A DNA stretch of 62,913 nucleotides, counting the filler, from Globobulimina sp. (Eukaryota): assembly GCA_003354225.1 (NCBI GenBank). It is 44 parts of 44 records of this genome, joined end to end, with 100 filler letters (N's around TTAATTAATTAA, not from the genome) between each part and the next. Parts side by side here need not be neighbours in the genome. Positions count along the whole stretch, not along the records: positions 50,135 to 51,465 come from PIVH01018518.1; positions 51,566 to 52,896 come from PIVH01018519.1; positions 52,997 to 54,327 come from PIVH01018520.1; positions 54,428 to 55,758 come from PIVH01018521.1; positions 55,859 to 57,189 come from PIVH01018522.1; positions 57,290 to 58,620 come from PIVH01018523.1; positions 58,721 to 60,051 come from PIVH01018524.1; positions 60,152 to 61,482 come from PIVH01018525.1; 36 more parts are not named here. One strand, 5' to 3'. Both the position numbers and the translations under genes were made by a program. The notes below the pieces were generated by a model. The model did not search any database. It worked only from the letters and a program-made list of their open reading frames with translations, and was not told the DNA's origin. Shown piece by piece: positions 50,738 to 62,144 of this stretch; the stretch's first letter is position 1, and the number at the start of each line of letters is the position of its first letter.

Positions 50738-51209
50738 CGTATAAACTGTATATAAAAGTGCATGTATGGCATAGATTTCGGCGATTAATTGTAATCAATG
50801 TAATGCAATTAAAACATACGATGCATGATATGTTATTTGAAATGGAGCTGCTACCTCTGTCAGTTATGTGACTTCTGTGAGATAATATGTATACTTCTGA
50901 GAAAACGAAGAATGATTAAGCAAGTTAGCTGTTGAATGTTTTTTACTTTGGAAAACTTCCACACAATTTTAACTTCAGCAAGCATCAGTGGATGGGTACT
51001 TTTCTGAAAAGCGATAAACAACGTTATCTCGAACAAATGAAATGCATTATATGCACCCCACAACCACACAAAAAAATGTATATACATTTGATCGAGCTTT
51101 GAAGTTTAGCGATGGTGAAAATCACAATTACCACAGTTAATTACCATAATTATCATTTTTTTCAACATATATTGTTTGCAAATGAAAAAATGGCTGAGGC
51201 AAATTGTGA

Positions 51210-51465
51210 TCAATTTGATTTTTCGACCAAATAATTGAAGAATGTATTATCTATAATTATTGTATAAATACTTGAGGAAAACATGCCAAATACAATATGA
51301 ATTAAAATAATATTTAAACATAATTCCCTATCATTTTTGTTTGGTATTTGTACCCGATCACATAATATATTATGAATTACATTTACATACATTAAACCGC
51401 CTAACAATCCGACATAAATCATCAAGATGTATTCACACCAAATACCAATATATTTGCTAAACAAT
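51210..51465 (-). CDS. CLN3: CLN3/battenin family protein, C-terminus
   Basis: VGLLGGLMYVN...DRELCLN matches the CLN3 motif EGLLGGA.YVN...RE. Confidence 0.75.
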
Positions 51466-51807
51466 NNNNNNNNNNNNNNNNNNNNNNNNNNNNNNNNNNN
51501 NNNNNNNNNTTAATTAATTAANNNNNNNNNNNNNNNNNNNNNNNNNNNNNNNNNNNNNNNNNNNNGTACGTAGATAAGGACATCAGAAGTATGGAACGTT
51601 AAGGAATGTTATAAAATGCAAGTTTTTAGCATAAGCAGATCATGCACTAAATTGCTGTCAGTTGCTTTTTCATCACCAAACTCACTTCAATTTCTCTTCA
51701 AAATCAATTGGTGTCAACTGGCACCAATAAAGTGTAGAATTTCAAAAAATTACAAAGTTTCTAAAATTATTAAATGCAAATTATAATTGCTACAAATGCC
51801 TACAATA

Positions 51808-52896
51808 TCAGTTTTCTTGTTTAGTTTTGACAATTTTCTTAATTAAAGAAACCAAGAAATCGTGATCATGAAATTGATTTTTAATTTTATTCTTTGAAAT
51901 GTATGAATCTACCATTTGCTTTATATACTTATCTGATTTTATATGATATTTCAACGCCTTTATTGTAAATATTGCACAATGCGTAAATACCGGATAATAC
52001 CTGTTCAAATTATTTGTTCTTAATGTTTTTATAAACTCTTTATTTTCCTGTTTTAACTGCTGAATATTTGTCATAATTAATTGCAAATCCTGTAACGAAC
52101 TCACTTGGATAATATGCTGTAATTTTGATTCAATGTCTTTTTTAAATAAACATCTGATATCATTCATATTATTGGCCACAAAATCATCATAATATTTGCT
52201 AAATTTATCCGTAACAACTGCTACTTTATCAAACCAAAACCTATCAAATTCAATTTGATAATTCTCCATTCCAGAAACATGCGAACCATTTATGTTACCA
52301 CTACACACATTATCCGCTTTATCCGTTCGTGCTTTATAAATTTTAGAAACCAGATATGTTTTATTTATTTTATGATCCCATCTCAATTCAAAAAAATCAT
52401 TGAAATACATTGACAAATTTTTCATTTTACCGTGATACACAGCTTTAATATGACAATTAAAATAACGATAATAAATATTAGGCAACATCGCCAAATTAAT
52501 ATACCTCTCATTCTCTGCTATAATCTGCATTTCTTTTCTATGTCTTTCCATTTCCGACTTTTCAATAAAATCACTAAAATGTAGCACCGGATTCAAATAA
52601 GTTTTGCCATTCAACATAGTTTGCCGTAACGGGACATGTTTGCCAGTAACCACCTTCTCAGCGCACTGTGCAGTAACTTGCATTTCTATTTCTTTTACAT
52701 TGGGATTTAATTTCAAAGCTTCGTTCGAGTGATATTCGGATTGCTGAAATTGTTTTAATTTTAATAACGTTTTGCTGAGCCAATAATGGTTGGTTGAAGT
52801 GTCTGGAAAATGATAAACAGCGATTTTAAATTGCGTCTTTGCTTCGTTATATCGCTGCTTATTAAACAGAAACAGAGCATAGAAATACTCCATTGT
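51808..52896 (-). CDS. TPR protein with C-terminal SAM-like domains, 5'-truncated
   Basis: TPR helices (YA.FL...Y.EA..F..A..P, HY.L...L...A..L.P); F.KY...F..N..NDI..L SAM-like repeats. Confidence 0.6.
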   Translation of the reverse strand, partial: TMEYFYALFLFNKQRYNEAKTQFKIAVYHFPDTSTNHYWLSKTLLKLKQFQQSEYHSNEALKLNPNVKEIEMQVTAQCAEKVVTGKHVPLRQTMLNGKTYLNPVLHFSDFIEKSEMERHRKEMQIIAENERYINLAMLPNIYYRYFNCHIKAVYHGKMKNLSMYFNDFFELRWDHKINKTYLVSKIYKARTDKADNVCSGNINGSHVSGMENYQIEFDRFWFDKVAVVTDKFSKYYDDFVANNMNDIRCLFKKDIESKLQHIIQVSSLQDLQLIMTNIQQLKQENKEFIKTLRTNNLNRYYPVFTHCAIFTIKALKYHIKSDKYIKQMVDSYISKNKIKNQFHDHDFLVSLIKKIVKTKQEN

Positions 52897-54427
52897 NNNN
52901 NNNNNNNNNNNNNNNNNNNNNNNNNNNNNNNNNNNNNNNNTTAATTAATTAANNNNNNNNNNNNNNNNNNNNNNNNNNNNNNNNNNNNNNNNNNNNTGGA
53001 GGATGCAAGAGATAAAAGTATCATTTCTGATTTTGATGAATCCAAATATGAACAGTTAGAATTAAAAGGCGTTTTTGATAAAAAAATGTGGTATCATAAT
53101 AATGAATATTTTGCAAGAGCACAATTTCAGGAATTAAAAGGAGCGGCAAAATCGGCAAATTTTAAATTAAATTCATCAAAACAACAAATTAAACAACAAC
53201 AGCAACAACAAGTTTAATGCCAGCATTTTAATTAATTCATTTTCCTTTGTCCCATCAGTTAAAACTTAAAAATTGATTTCTTAGTGCTTTGAAAATTAGA
53301 TAAAACTTAAAAACACTTCCAAACAAAATAATCCACTTTCCATCTAATGCTAAAAATGCCGCAGTATGCTACATTAAACGAAGAGGTTTGTTGTTTGTAT
53401 TTTTGTGTGTCGATCAGCAAAGCATATCGGACTAAATTACGACATACAGACTGAGATTCATGTTCACATTGTCGATGTGGAAAATAACGACTTCCAATGG
53501 CAAACACATAAACGTATATTTCAAATCATGAAAGATGACACATTCAATGATTTTCGATATAAAATAATTAGAAAATTATCATGTAAATATCCACAAAAAC
53601 AAAGCCATATAATCGATTGTCTAAAAATCATACATAAAATGAAAATATTCATCGAAAAAGTAGCAAACAACTCCGATGATACACATGTTATGGTTGGAAT
53701 ATTTAGAAATAATCAAAGTGAATATAGTTTAAATGAGAATATTTGGCATTCAATTAAAAATCATAAAAATATACACAAATTGAACCAAATATGTATTTGG
53801 TTCATTGCTACAAAATGCTCTATCAATCAAATTGCAAATATTCCGAAAAATAATCAAAATAAAAAAGTAAACACAAATACAAACACGAATACAAATACAA
53901 ATACAAATCGTTCGCGTACTGGTACCAATAATACAAATACCAATAAACCAAAAAGAAAACCAAAGGAAAAAAGAATTGAATTAAGCGATATGACCACAAT
54001 AAACAAACAAAATAAAAATAAAAGACCCACAAATATAAAATTAAAAAAAAGGAAAATAAATAAAACAAAACCCAAAAAGAGAAATAGAATTGATTTAAAT
54101 TATAATTTTGATGCACCTCATAAAAAAATGAAAAAATCATCAAATTCTACGCCAGAATGTATTTGGATGCTAATTGACATGGCACCAACTATGGATACGC
54201 CCATATTTGTTATGTATTTGTATATGTATAATTTGTAAACAATTATAGAAATAATATGCAGTTTAACAGCAATAAAATATTATGTGTACGCAGTTTGGTG
54301 GCGGAAATGGTGAAAAATAACTGGGCCNNNNNNNNNNNNNNNNNNNNNNNNNNNNNNNNNNNNNNNNNNNNTTAATTAATTAANNNNNNNNNNNNNNNNN
54401 NNNNNNNNNNNNNNNNNNNNNNNNNNN

Positions 54428-55085
54428 GGTTCCTGAATAAGAAAAGGAATGAAATATTCTCCGATCCGTACGACTTTCTGCATGTTGTACCGCAGCAGAA
54501 ACCAAATAAAGTGTGTTTTATATGTATTTTATGGGTGTTTTCAAGTTACAATGTTTTATTTTCGATAATAAGGCGACTGCGGACAGTTCGTTTGTGGACA
54601 ATAATGGTTTTGTGGACGTGGATCGTTTCACAATGCAGTCGACCAAATATGACAATGTTTTTGGTGTTGGTGATTGTACGAATACGACCAATCCGAAGAC
54701 TGCAGCTTCGATATTTGGACAGACGCCGACTGTGATTGATAATATACAGAGAGTTATGAGGAAAGAGAAAGTGTTGCCGAGTTATGATGGCTATGGGTCG
54801 TGTCCTATTTTTGTGGGGGATAAGAAGTTAATTTTGGCAGAGTTTACTTATGGCGGAGTGCCCAAGGAAACATTCGGAGTGTTAGGGGTGGATCAGGGCA
54901 CTGCGCGGCGGGCGTTTTTTCATTTGAAACGGGATGTGTTTCCCTGGGTATATTGGAATTTGGTGCCGAGGGGAATGTGGTATGGCTCGCACATGATTTT
55001 TAAACCGAGATTGAAATCTTTGGTTGAGGAGAAAGATGAAGTTAAACCGGCTGTGGGTACGGATCCGAAATGTAGAACCTATTAA
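54428..55085 (+). CDS. SQOR: Sulfide:quinone oxidoreductase (mitochondrial type II), C-terminal part, intron 54511..54572
   Basis: YDFLHVVP, GFVDVD..T.QS.KYDNVFG.GDC, KTAA, YDGYGSCP, LILAEF.Y, PKETF and FPWVYWN. Confidence 0.92.
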
Positions 55086-55300
55086 TTGTAATTATAGTTT
55101 TATGTATTATTACTTGTTACATAAATTAATGAAACTTTATATGTTTTTTTTTGTGTTTAAATTTTATTCTACTCGTTGTTCACTATGTTGTTTAGTGATT
55201 GATTGTTTACATGTACGCTGTATGCAGACAGACGTTCTTTTGAGCTTTATATTTTTCGAGCTTTCCAAAAAGATTTAGTGGACCTTGAAACATATTTTAC

Positions 55301-55758
55301 TTAATTACATAATTTAATAAATTTAGAACACATTTCTTTATGACACCCACGATTCCAATCTTTTTTTTGACAGTGTTTGCTGCAATACCTGGCAACCCGA
55401 CACCGTTTACATTTATACATTCTATCTCCAACAAAATTCTTTGCTATATTACGACATTTATACCACACACATTTTACATCTCTTTTTTTCATTTTCCATG
55501 CCTTATTTTGACTCCATTTCAAATACGGATATATTTCATGCTTACCATTATTGGTCACTTCAATTAACCGTAAACACAATTCTTTAATCAATTTATTATG
55601 ATACAATCCAACGTCATTTATATTTTTTTGTATTACAAATAACTGTTTTCTAAACCCAGCAACGTCTTTTTTGTATTTCCTTTTTGATTTTGCAGTGCCA
55701 TATTCCAAAAACGAAAGTATCATACAATACACATAAAATATAGCATTTAAGCCAAAAT
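55301..55758 (-). CDS. MYND zinc finger protein, C-terminus
   Basis: CVWYKC...CKRCRVARYCSKHCQKKDW...HKEMC. Confidence 0.92.
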
Positions 55759-55858
55759 NNNNNNNNNNNNNNNNNNNNNNNNNNNNNNNNNNNNNNNNNN
55801 NNTTAATTAATTAANNNNNNNNNNNNNNNNNNNNNNNNNNNNNNNNNNNNNNNNNNNN

Positions 55859-56800
55859 TCTTAGTATCTATACCGTAAGTAGCATAGTAGACCTTGAGTG
55901 TCAATGGTTTCTCTTATTCCATATACAATAACTGAACTACTATATATAGGTGCACTTTCTTTCTGATTTTGACTTGTGGGAAATTCTCATTTTTAATTTT
56001 TGAGCACGAATGGTGATAGTGATGAACCAAGATAATTTTTAAGCACAAATGGTGAGTTCTCCTGGTGCGAACTAGCTTCGCTGGATAAATAATGAACCAA
56101 GACAAATATCAATGATTGAGTCAGTCCAATCCTCACTGTGCTGAAAAAACACTGTGTCAAAAAAACTGAGCAAAAACTATATTGGGCAAAAAGTATAGAT
56201 CATAGTATACTTTTATGTGTGAGATCTTAATAGTACTCATGGAATCCTATTAAGGTCTGGTAGAGTTTTAGGACATTGATGAACAATTCGTGACTCAGCT
56301 ATAATCAGAGGCATCCGGAGTACCTCCTCATACAACATCATCATGGATCATTCATTTGAACAACTAAGTAGCGTTACTATAATCAGAGGCATCCGGAATA
56401 CCTCCTCATACAACTTCACCACAGATCATTCAGAGATGGGGGACATAATATCTCTTAGTATCTATGCCGTAAGTAGCATAGCGAAGACCTTGAGTTATTA
56501 TGGTTTCTCTATATATTTTCAGAGAAGGGGGACATAAGTACCTTTGGTGTCTATGCCGTAAGTAGCATAGTAGACCTTGAGTTATTATGGTTTCTCTTAT
56601 TCCATATACAATAACGGAACTACTATATATACCCACACAAACTTTCTGATTTTGACTCGTGGGAATATGTTTTAAGCACAAGTGGTGATCGTGATGAACC
56701 GAGTTAATTTTTAAGCACAAATGGTGAGTTCGAGTGAACCAAGACAAATATCAGTGATTGGGTCAGTCCAATCCTAACTGTGTTGAAAAACACTGTGTTG
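55859..56800. repeat. Complex nested direct repeats (~250-300-bp unit twice, plus ~55-bp duplications)
   Basis: CCGTAAGTAGCATAG..GACCTTGAGT at ~55874, ~56467 and ~56556; GAACCAAGACAAATATCA...CAGTCCAATCCT twice; CTATAATCAGAGGCATCCGGA twice. Confidence 0.9.
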
Positions 56801-57031
56801 AGCAAAAACTGTGTTGAAAATTTTATATATATTTATATTATATAACTATGGATATCGAGATAACTAAGTGTGATCCAGATGGTTATATATCAATCACAAT
56901 TCCAAAAGATTATTATGATGAATTAAAAAAGATGAATAATGATGATTTAATATATTATGTAATATTAAATGATGAATTATGAGTAGTGAAATTATTAATT
57001 ATTGAGTAGTGAAATATAACAAAAAAACACA

Positions 57032-57189
57032 ATGAGTTACAAAAAATGCCAACACAATACTATCCGATCAAAATGTAAACAATGTAAGAAAGCTGGTACT
57101 GGTGGAGGTTCATTATGCGATGAACATTATAAAATCCGAACAAAATGTAAACAATGTAAAATATTAGGTATTGGTGGCGGTTCATATTG
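57032..57189 (+). CDS. C-x-H-x3-R-x2-C-x2-C repeat protein, 5' fragment (large-DNA-virus-like)
   Basis: CQHNTIRSKCKQC...GGGSLCDEHYKIRTKCKQC...GGGSY tandem Zn-binding repeats. Confidence 0.65.
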
Positions 57190-57771
57190 NNNNNNNNNNN
57201 NNNNNNNNNNNNNNNNNNNNNNNNNNNNNNNNNTTAATTAATTAANNNNNNNNNNNNNNNNNNNNNNNNNNNNNNNNNNNNNNNNNNNNTTTTGCACTCT
57301 TTGTGCATACTTTAATTTAACACGACATGTCTTGCAAACAGTTACCTTTTTACTATCATAATCAACTCCTCTGTCACTCAATTTGAAAATTTCTTTGTTT
57401 AAAGTGACGAGATGTAAAGCCTCATATCTGAGCGAATTTTTTGCAGGTAATCTGTTAATGTCAGTTTTGCAACAATTAAGTAGTGGACTTGCAAAGTCTA
57501 AAGTCTTTTTCCCTCCCGCAAGTAGCACAGGTTCGAATTTCAGCAAAGTGATCCATACTTTCTTTCTAGTCAGTTATCATTTTTTTCTTATTAACATTCA
57601 AAGAAAGTTGTCCTGGCCTAGGCTTGGTTCGTGGATCCAATATATTATATTCATTTAATTTGCAAAACGTCATCGCATTATAATCAGGATTTAAATTACC
57701 ATAAACATCAATTTCTTCCCATGTTGGCAAATATTTTGATTTCGTGTGATCAAAGTTGCTATCAAATGGTC

Positions 57772-58620
57772 TTAACCTTGATTAGCTTTTGGCTTTTTCC
57801 TTTGATCATATTGTTTTTTATATTGTTTTAATTTATTTTTATTTTCTTTTTGATATTGTGATTGATATTGTTGTTGATATTGTTTTAATTCATTTTCATT
57901 TTCTTTTTGATATCGTTTTTGATATTGTTTTAATTCATTTTCATTTTCTTTTTGATATTGTGGTTGATATTGTTTTTGATATTGTTTTCGATTTTGAAGA
58001 GATTCTTGTTTATTTTTATGCATCATCCCTTGATGTATGTGATATCCACGTAAGGAATCAAAACATTTATTACAATTTAAACATTTCATTTTTTCTTTGC
58101 TAATTTTAGCTTTCTCAGTTTGTTCATCTGCATGAGGTAATTTTCTTTTTCTAGGAACTGGTAATGGATTTAAGCCAGGAGTTTCAAAATCATTTACTAA
58201 AACATCATCATCAGAATTAGATGTTTCAGATTTTTCAAATTCATCAAATCTTCGTTTTCTTGAAACTGTTTGGCTAGATATTATTGGAATTGGAACTAGA
58301 CTTAAACTTTTCAATTTAGAATTTAATGATGAAATTGTTGTATCTCGGGAAATAATTGAACCTATTTTTTGTTTTTTTTTGGGGTTTTTTAGGGTTGTTT
58401 TTTCCATTTGGAAAGCCATAAACCATGACTGGTTATATATATTATTATAAATTTGGTCCACTATTTTTTTTGAGTTTACTCTAATTTTCCAGTCGTTAGC
58501 AATGCTTAAACGTTCAGACATTGACATTCGTGTTAATGTTGGCTTGGTGTGTTTTTTGTTAATACCAAATCTTTTGGCTTTTTCTTTATATTTTTCAATT
58601 GTTTTAGGACTGAATGTTTT
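57772..58620 (-). CDS. C2H2 zinc finger protein with QYQKENENELK repeats, possibly transposon-derived
   Basis: CLNCNKCF..L.GY.IH.G.MH followed by 39-bp coding tandem repeats. Confidence 0.55.
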   Translation of the reverse strand, partial: KTFSPKTIEKYKEKAKRFGINKKHTKPTLTRMSMSERLSIANDWKIRVNSKKIVDQIYNNIYNQSWFMAFQMEKTTLKNPKKKQKIGSIISRDTTISSLNSKLKSLSLVPIPIISSQTVSRKRRFDEFEKSETSNSDDDVLVNDFETPGLNPLPVPRKRKLPHADEQTEKAKISKEKMKCLNCNKCFDSLRGYHIHQGMMHKNKQESLQNRKQYQKQYQPQYQKENENELKQYQKRYQKENENELKQYQQQYQSQYQKENKNKLKQYKKQYDQRKKPKANQG

Positions 58621-58720
58621 NNNNNNNNNNNNNNNNNNNNNNNNNNNNNNNNNNNNNNNNNNNNTTAATTAATTAANNNNNNNNNNNNNNNNNNNNNNNN
58701 NNNNNNNNNNNNNNNNNNNN

Positions 58721-60051
58721 AAATGTTCTATTTTTGGCACTGAGGAATTTTACGATTTCATGATGACGTACAATTTCATGATGACGAATACAGTGGTCAT
58801 GTTTGCTTCATTAGACGCCCCAGCAATAAGAAAGCCCTCCAGCTCGATTTAAGGATAATCTATCTTGACCTCGAATCAATTTTTGACTCTGAAGGTTACC
58901 ATCAATGTATCTTGGCAGTTGCTTTGCGTACATGTGGTCAATGCTGTCTCAACTACGATGCAGAAGAAACATTGTGCTGTGGTACAAGAAAACATGTTTT
59001 TGGAGGAGTCAGTTGTCTCGAACAACTTGTACGATGGCTTTTTTTCCATCCTATGCATAGAGGTGCAAAAGTTGTTGCCCAAGCGGGGTCATTTTATGAT
59101 GCACTAATTTTGTTTCGTGGTCTAGTTGAACTTGGTCACACTGCCAAACTCGCTGTTCGAGGCAATCGAATTTTGACAATGACAGCAGGTTTATCAGTAA
59201 CGGTCATTGATGCATACTGTTTCTTTGGAGTAAGTCTAGCCAAACTAGCACCAATGTTTGGGTTGGAACTTCAGAAGTCATTTTTTCCAATGAGTTTTTT
59301 GAGAACAAACCAAATCAACTACCAAGGAGTTGTTCCACCCAAACAAACTTTCGAACCAGAATTAATGACAGATAAACGAAAAAAGGATTTTGAAATTTTC
59401 TATGAAAATCTCAAAAATCAGCAGATTTACTGCTTCAAATCGGAGTTAGTGAAATACTGCACTTTGGGTAAGTTTTGAGCACAGTTTAACCATTCTTAAT
59501 ACCACAATTACTTAATAGATACCAAAGTGTTATATATGGCCTGCACGAAGTTTCAACAACTCATGATAGATGGTACCGGAGTAAATCCGTTTGCAATATC
59601 AACTTCAATAGCTTCATTGTGTGTTTTTCTCTACAAACTTCGTTTCATGCTTGTCAATGAACACGGAGAAAGCAGAATAGCGCTGTTACCAGAACACGAT
59701 TTATGTGCTCGTGGGCTTTCTGTTCAGTCTGACTTGGCACTGAAATGGATTGCTTGGTTGAGACATTCACAGGGTTTACCAATACAATCAGCTCTTACTG
59801 GTCGTGAGCCTATCATTGGTATGGTTACAATGGTCTTTGAATCGAACAAATAAACAGTAAAATATTATTTTTGTATAGGAAATCGCTCAGTTGATGGTGT
59901 ATATGTGTTGGCTGACCAACTACCGGAAATTGTTCAATTTCATGGGTATGCTAATTTAAATTTTTGTTGACTGTTAATATTATTATGCTTATTACAAGTT
60001 GTTTTGTTCATGCTCATACACCGTCATGTCCAAACGTAACAGAACAATGGT
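58721..60051 (+). mobile_element. Polinton/Maverick-type protein-primed DNA polymerase B fragment with introns 59468..59518, 59819..59878 and 59946..59998
   Basis: ExoI IYLDLES, ExoII-like AQAGSFYD, IDAY.FF..SL.KL...FGL..K.FFP, ExoIII YCTL|D and SIASL, then the inserted QS..AL.W..W...E..I|G...VDG...QFHG|CFVHAH domain. Confidence 0.88.
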
Positions 60052-60237
60052 NNNNNNNNNNNNNNNNNNNNNNNNNNNNNNNNNNNNNNNNNNNNTTAAT
60101 TAATTAANNNNNNNNNNNNNNNNNNNNNNNNNNNNNNNNNNNNNNNNNNNNGCAAACACAACCAAAAAGAATAACATTAATTATTATCGTATATTATCGT
60201 ATACAATCGCCAAAGCAAAGATAAATATCCACAAAAT

Positions 60238-61032
60238 TTACCATGATTGACAACGTTTAAACAATGTATCCAAATAACACTGCTTGTCACTAAATACATT
60301 GACACGAACATCTTTTACATTTTGGAACTTTTCATCTAATGGATTTCCGCAATATTTTAATATTAACTCAATAACGTCATTAGAAAGTTTCTCATTCGTT
60401 TCGCAGTACCACCTAAAAAATGGAATTATGAACATCAAATAAAATTTTTTATCATACTGCCGCTCATAATTTTTATCCGATATTTTTTTGGATTTATTCG
60501 CTTTTATCTTTTTTTTAACACTTTTTGTTTTCTTTTTAAATCCTTTTTTCTTATAATGATTGTTTTTTCCTTTTTTATCTTTTTTGCTATTTATAATATT
60601 TCCAATATGAGTACACATAACAAATAAACCATAGTCTTGGGCGCATATAAAGTATGTACGACCATTAATTGTGCCATTATTATCACCCAAAGCCTCTTCT
60701 AATTGGACGCCATACCAAATTACATCCGAAGCAAACAATGTCCAGCCGATAAATCGAATAATTGCGTTACAATTTAAATCATTAATTCCTATAATTTGTC
60801 CAACTGTGACTCGTGGTAAATTATATTCATTCTGCTGTAACATTTCTTTTATTTCCGTTTTTTTGATAAATATACCATAATCCGGACGTGTTGTAAAGTA
60901 ATATGTGTCCTTCCACGATCCATCACTGTTTCCGGTCCCCTCACTTAAATCAATACCATAATAAACACCTACTTCGCCTTTTATTTCTCCAATAAATCGA
61001 ATAATGCCGATTTCTCCATTATTTAGCTCCAC
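60238..61032 (-). CDS. Tandem CAP-Gly domain protein (last exon)
   Basis: Two G.IRFIG...G..L....G..DG/NG...YF.....G.F units; AG acceptor at 61033-61034. Confidence 0.9.
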   Translation of the reverse strand: MELNNGEIGIIRFIGEIKGEVGVYYGIDLSEGTGNSDGSWKDTYYFTTRPDYGIFIKKTEIKEMLQQNEYNLPRVTVGQIIGINDLNCNAIIRFIGWTLFASDVIWYGVQLEEALGDNNGTINGRTYFICAQDYGLFVMCTHIGNIINSKKDKKGKNNHYKKKGFKKKTKSVKKKIKANKSKKISDKNYERQYDKKFYLMFIIPFFRWYCETNEKLSNDVIELILKYCGNPLDEKFQNVKDVRVNVFSDKQCYLDTLFKRCQSW

Positions 61033-62144
61033 CTAACGCCAAAAATGACACATAACAGACAAGAATAATCAGTGTAGGTCAGACAGACTAAACTATGTCA
61101 CCAATGGTTGATATATTTGCCATCCAACTTGAAAGAGACTCTGCGAAATAAAAACGAACCCGTCAGTATTTTCAACATTTTTGGATTTATGAAATGTATA
61201 CAAAAATTGTGCAAGGATTTCAAATATATTAAAACGACGTTCATTTTTGATAAAAATTAACACACTCACAATCAACTTATTTTATTTTTTACATTACAAT
61301 TAAAAAAAAAATATGAGGAGAGCTCCACTAAAACAGCAGTCCACACAGAATGGTGTCACAAATGGAAAACAATAATTCAATGACAAAAATTATGTCATTT
61401 AGTTGTATAAAGTATAAAAACATGGACAAAAAACATGTGATAAAAATAGGTTTTAATGGAAAGTTCTTTATCGATGATTCCGNNNNNNNNNNNNNNNNNN
61501 NNNNNNNNNNNNNNNNNNNNNNNNNNTTAATTAATTAANNNNNNNNNNNNNNNNNNNNNNNNNNNNNNNNNNNNNNNNNNNNGCGGCAGCGGCGTTTTCT
61601 CGTTGCCCGATTGACCATCTTTGGTCTTTGGTCGATCTCGCAATAATCCATGTTCATCGATAAATTGGTCATATATGTTTGACAGGCCTCTGGCCGATCG
61701 AAATTCAAATGGTTTGACTTCAACCTGTTTACCCAACGTATATTTTAATTTATTATGTTTTAATTTTTCCTCAATATTACCAACTGCATCTACAAAATCC
61801 ATTTTTTTCTCTTGCTTTACGTCATCATCGTCATCGTCGTCATCATTCTCTTGCCTACCAATACCATGGCCAACATTTCTTACAATATCTTCTTCTTTAT
61901 GCGGTGCACCAAATGCAATACAAAAATCAACTTGAAATGGACATATTGGCTGTTGTCTAGTTTTTGCCGCTTGCAATCTGCCTCTGACAAAACCAATGGC
62001 CGCATCAAAATATCGCACAATATTCTCATACGAATCATTTACCGTTTTTAAATTCTTAGTATACAATTAATAATACATAATAATAATTGATTATAACCGA
62101 ACCGGTGTGTTTGTATGGCCGGCAATTATTATTATGATACAGTA

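Noticed and set aside
53823-54143. Hydrophobic F/L-rich antisense ORFs (also 45300..45654, 57789..58103)
   Set aside because: Shadow frames of Lys/Asn-rich genes on the opposite strand.
1335-61582. Regularly spaced TTAATTAATTAA repeats as a CRISPR-like or biological array
   Set aside because: Always embedded in identical N-runs between length-sorted contigs; this is an artificial six-frame stop linker.
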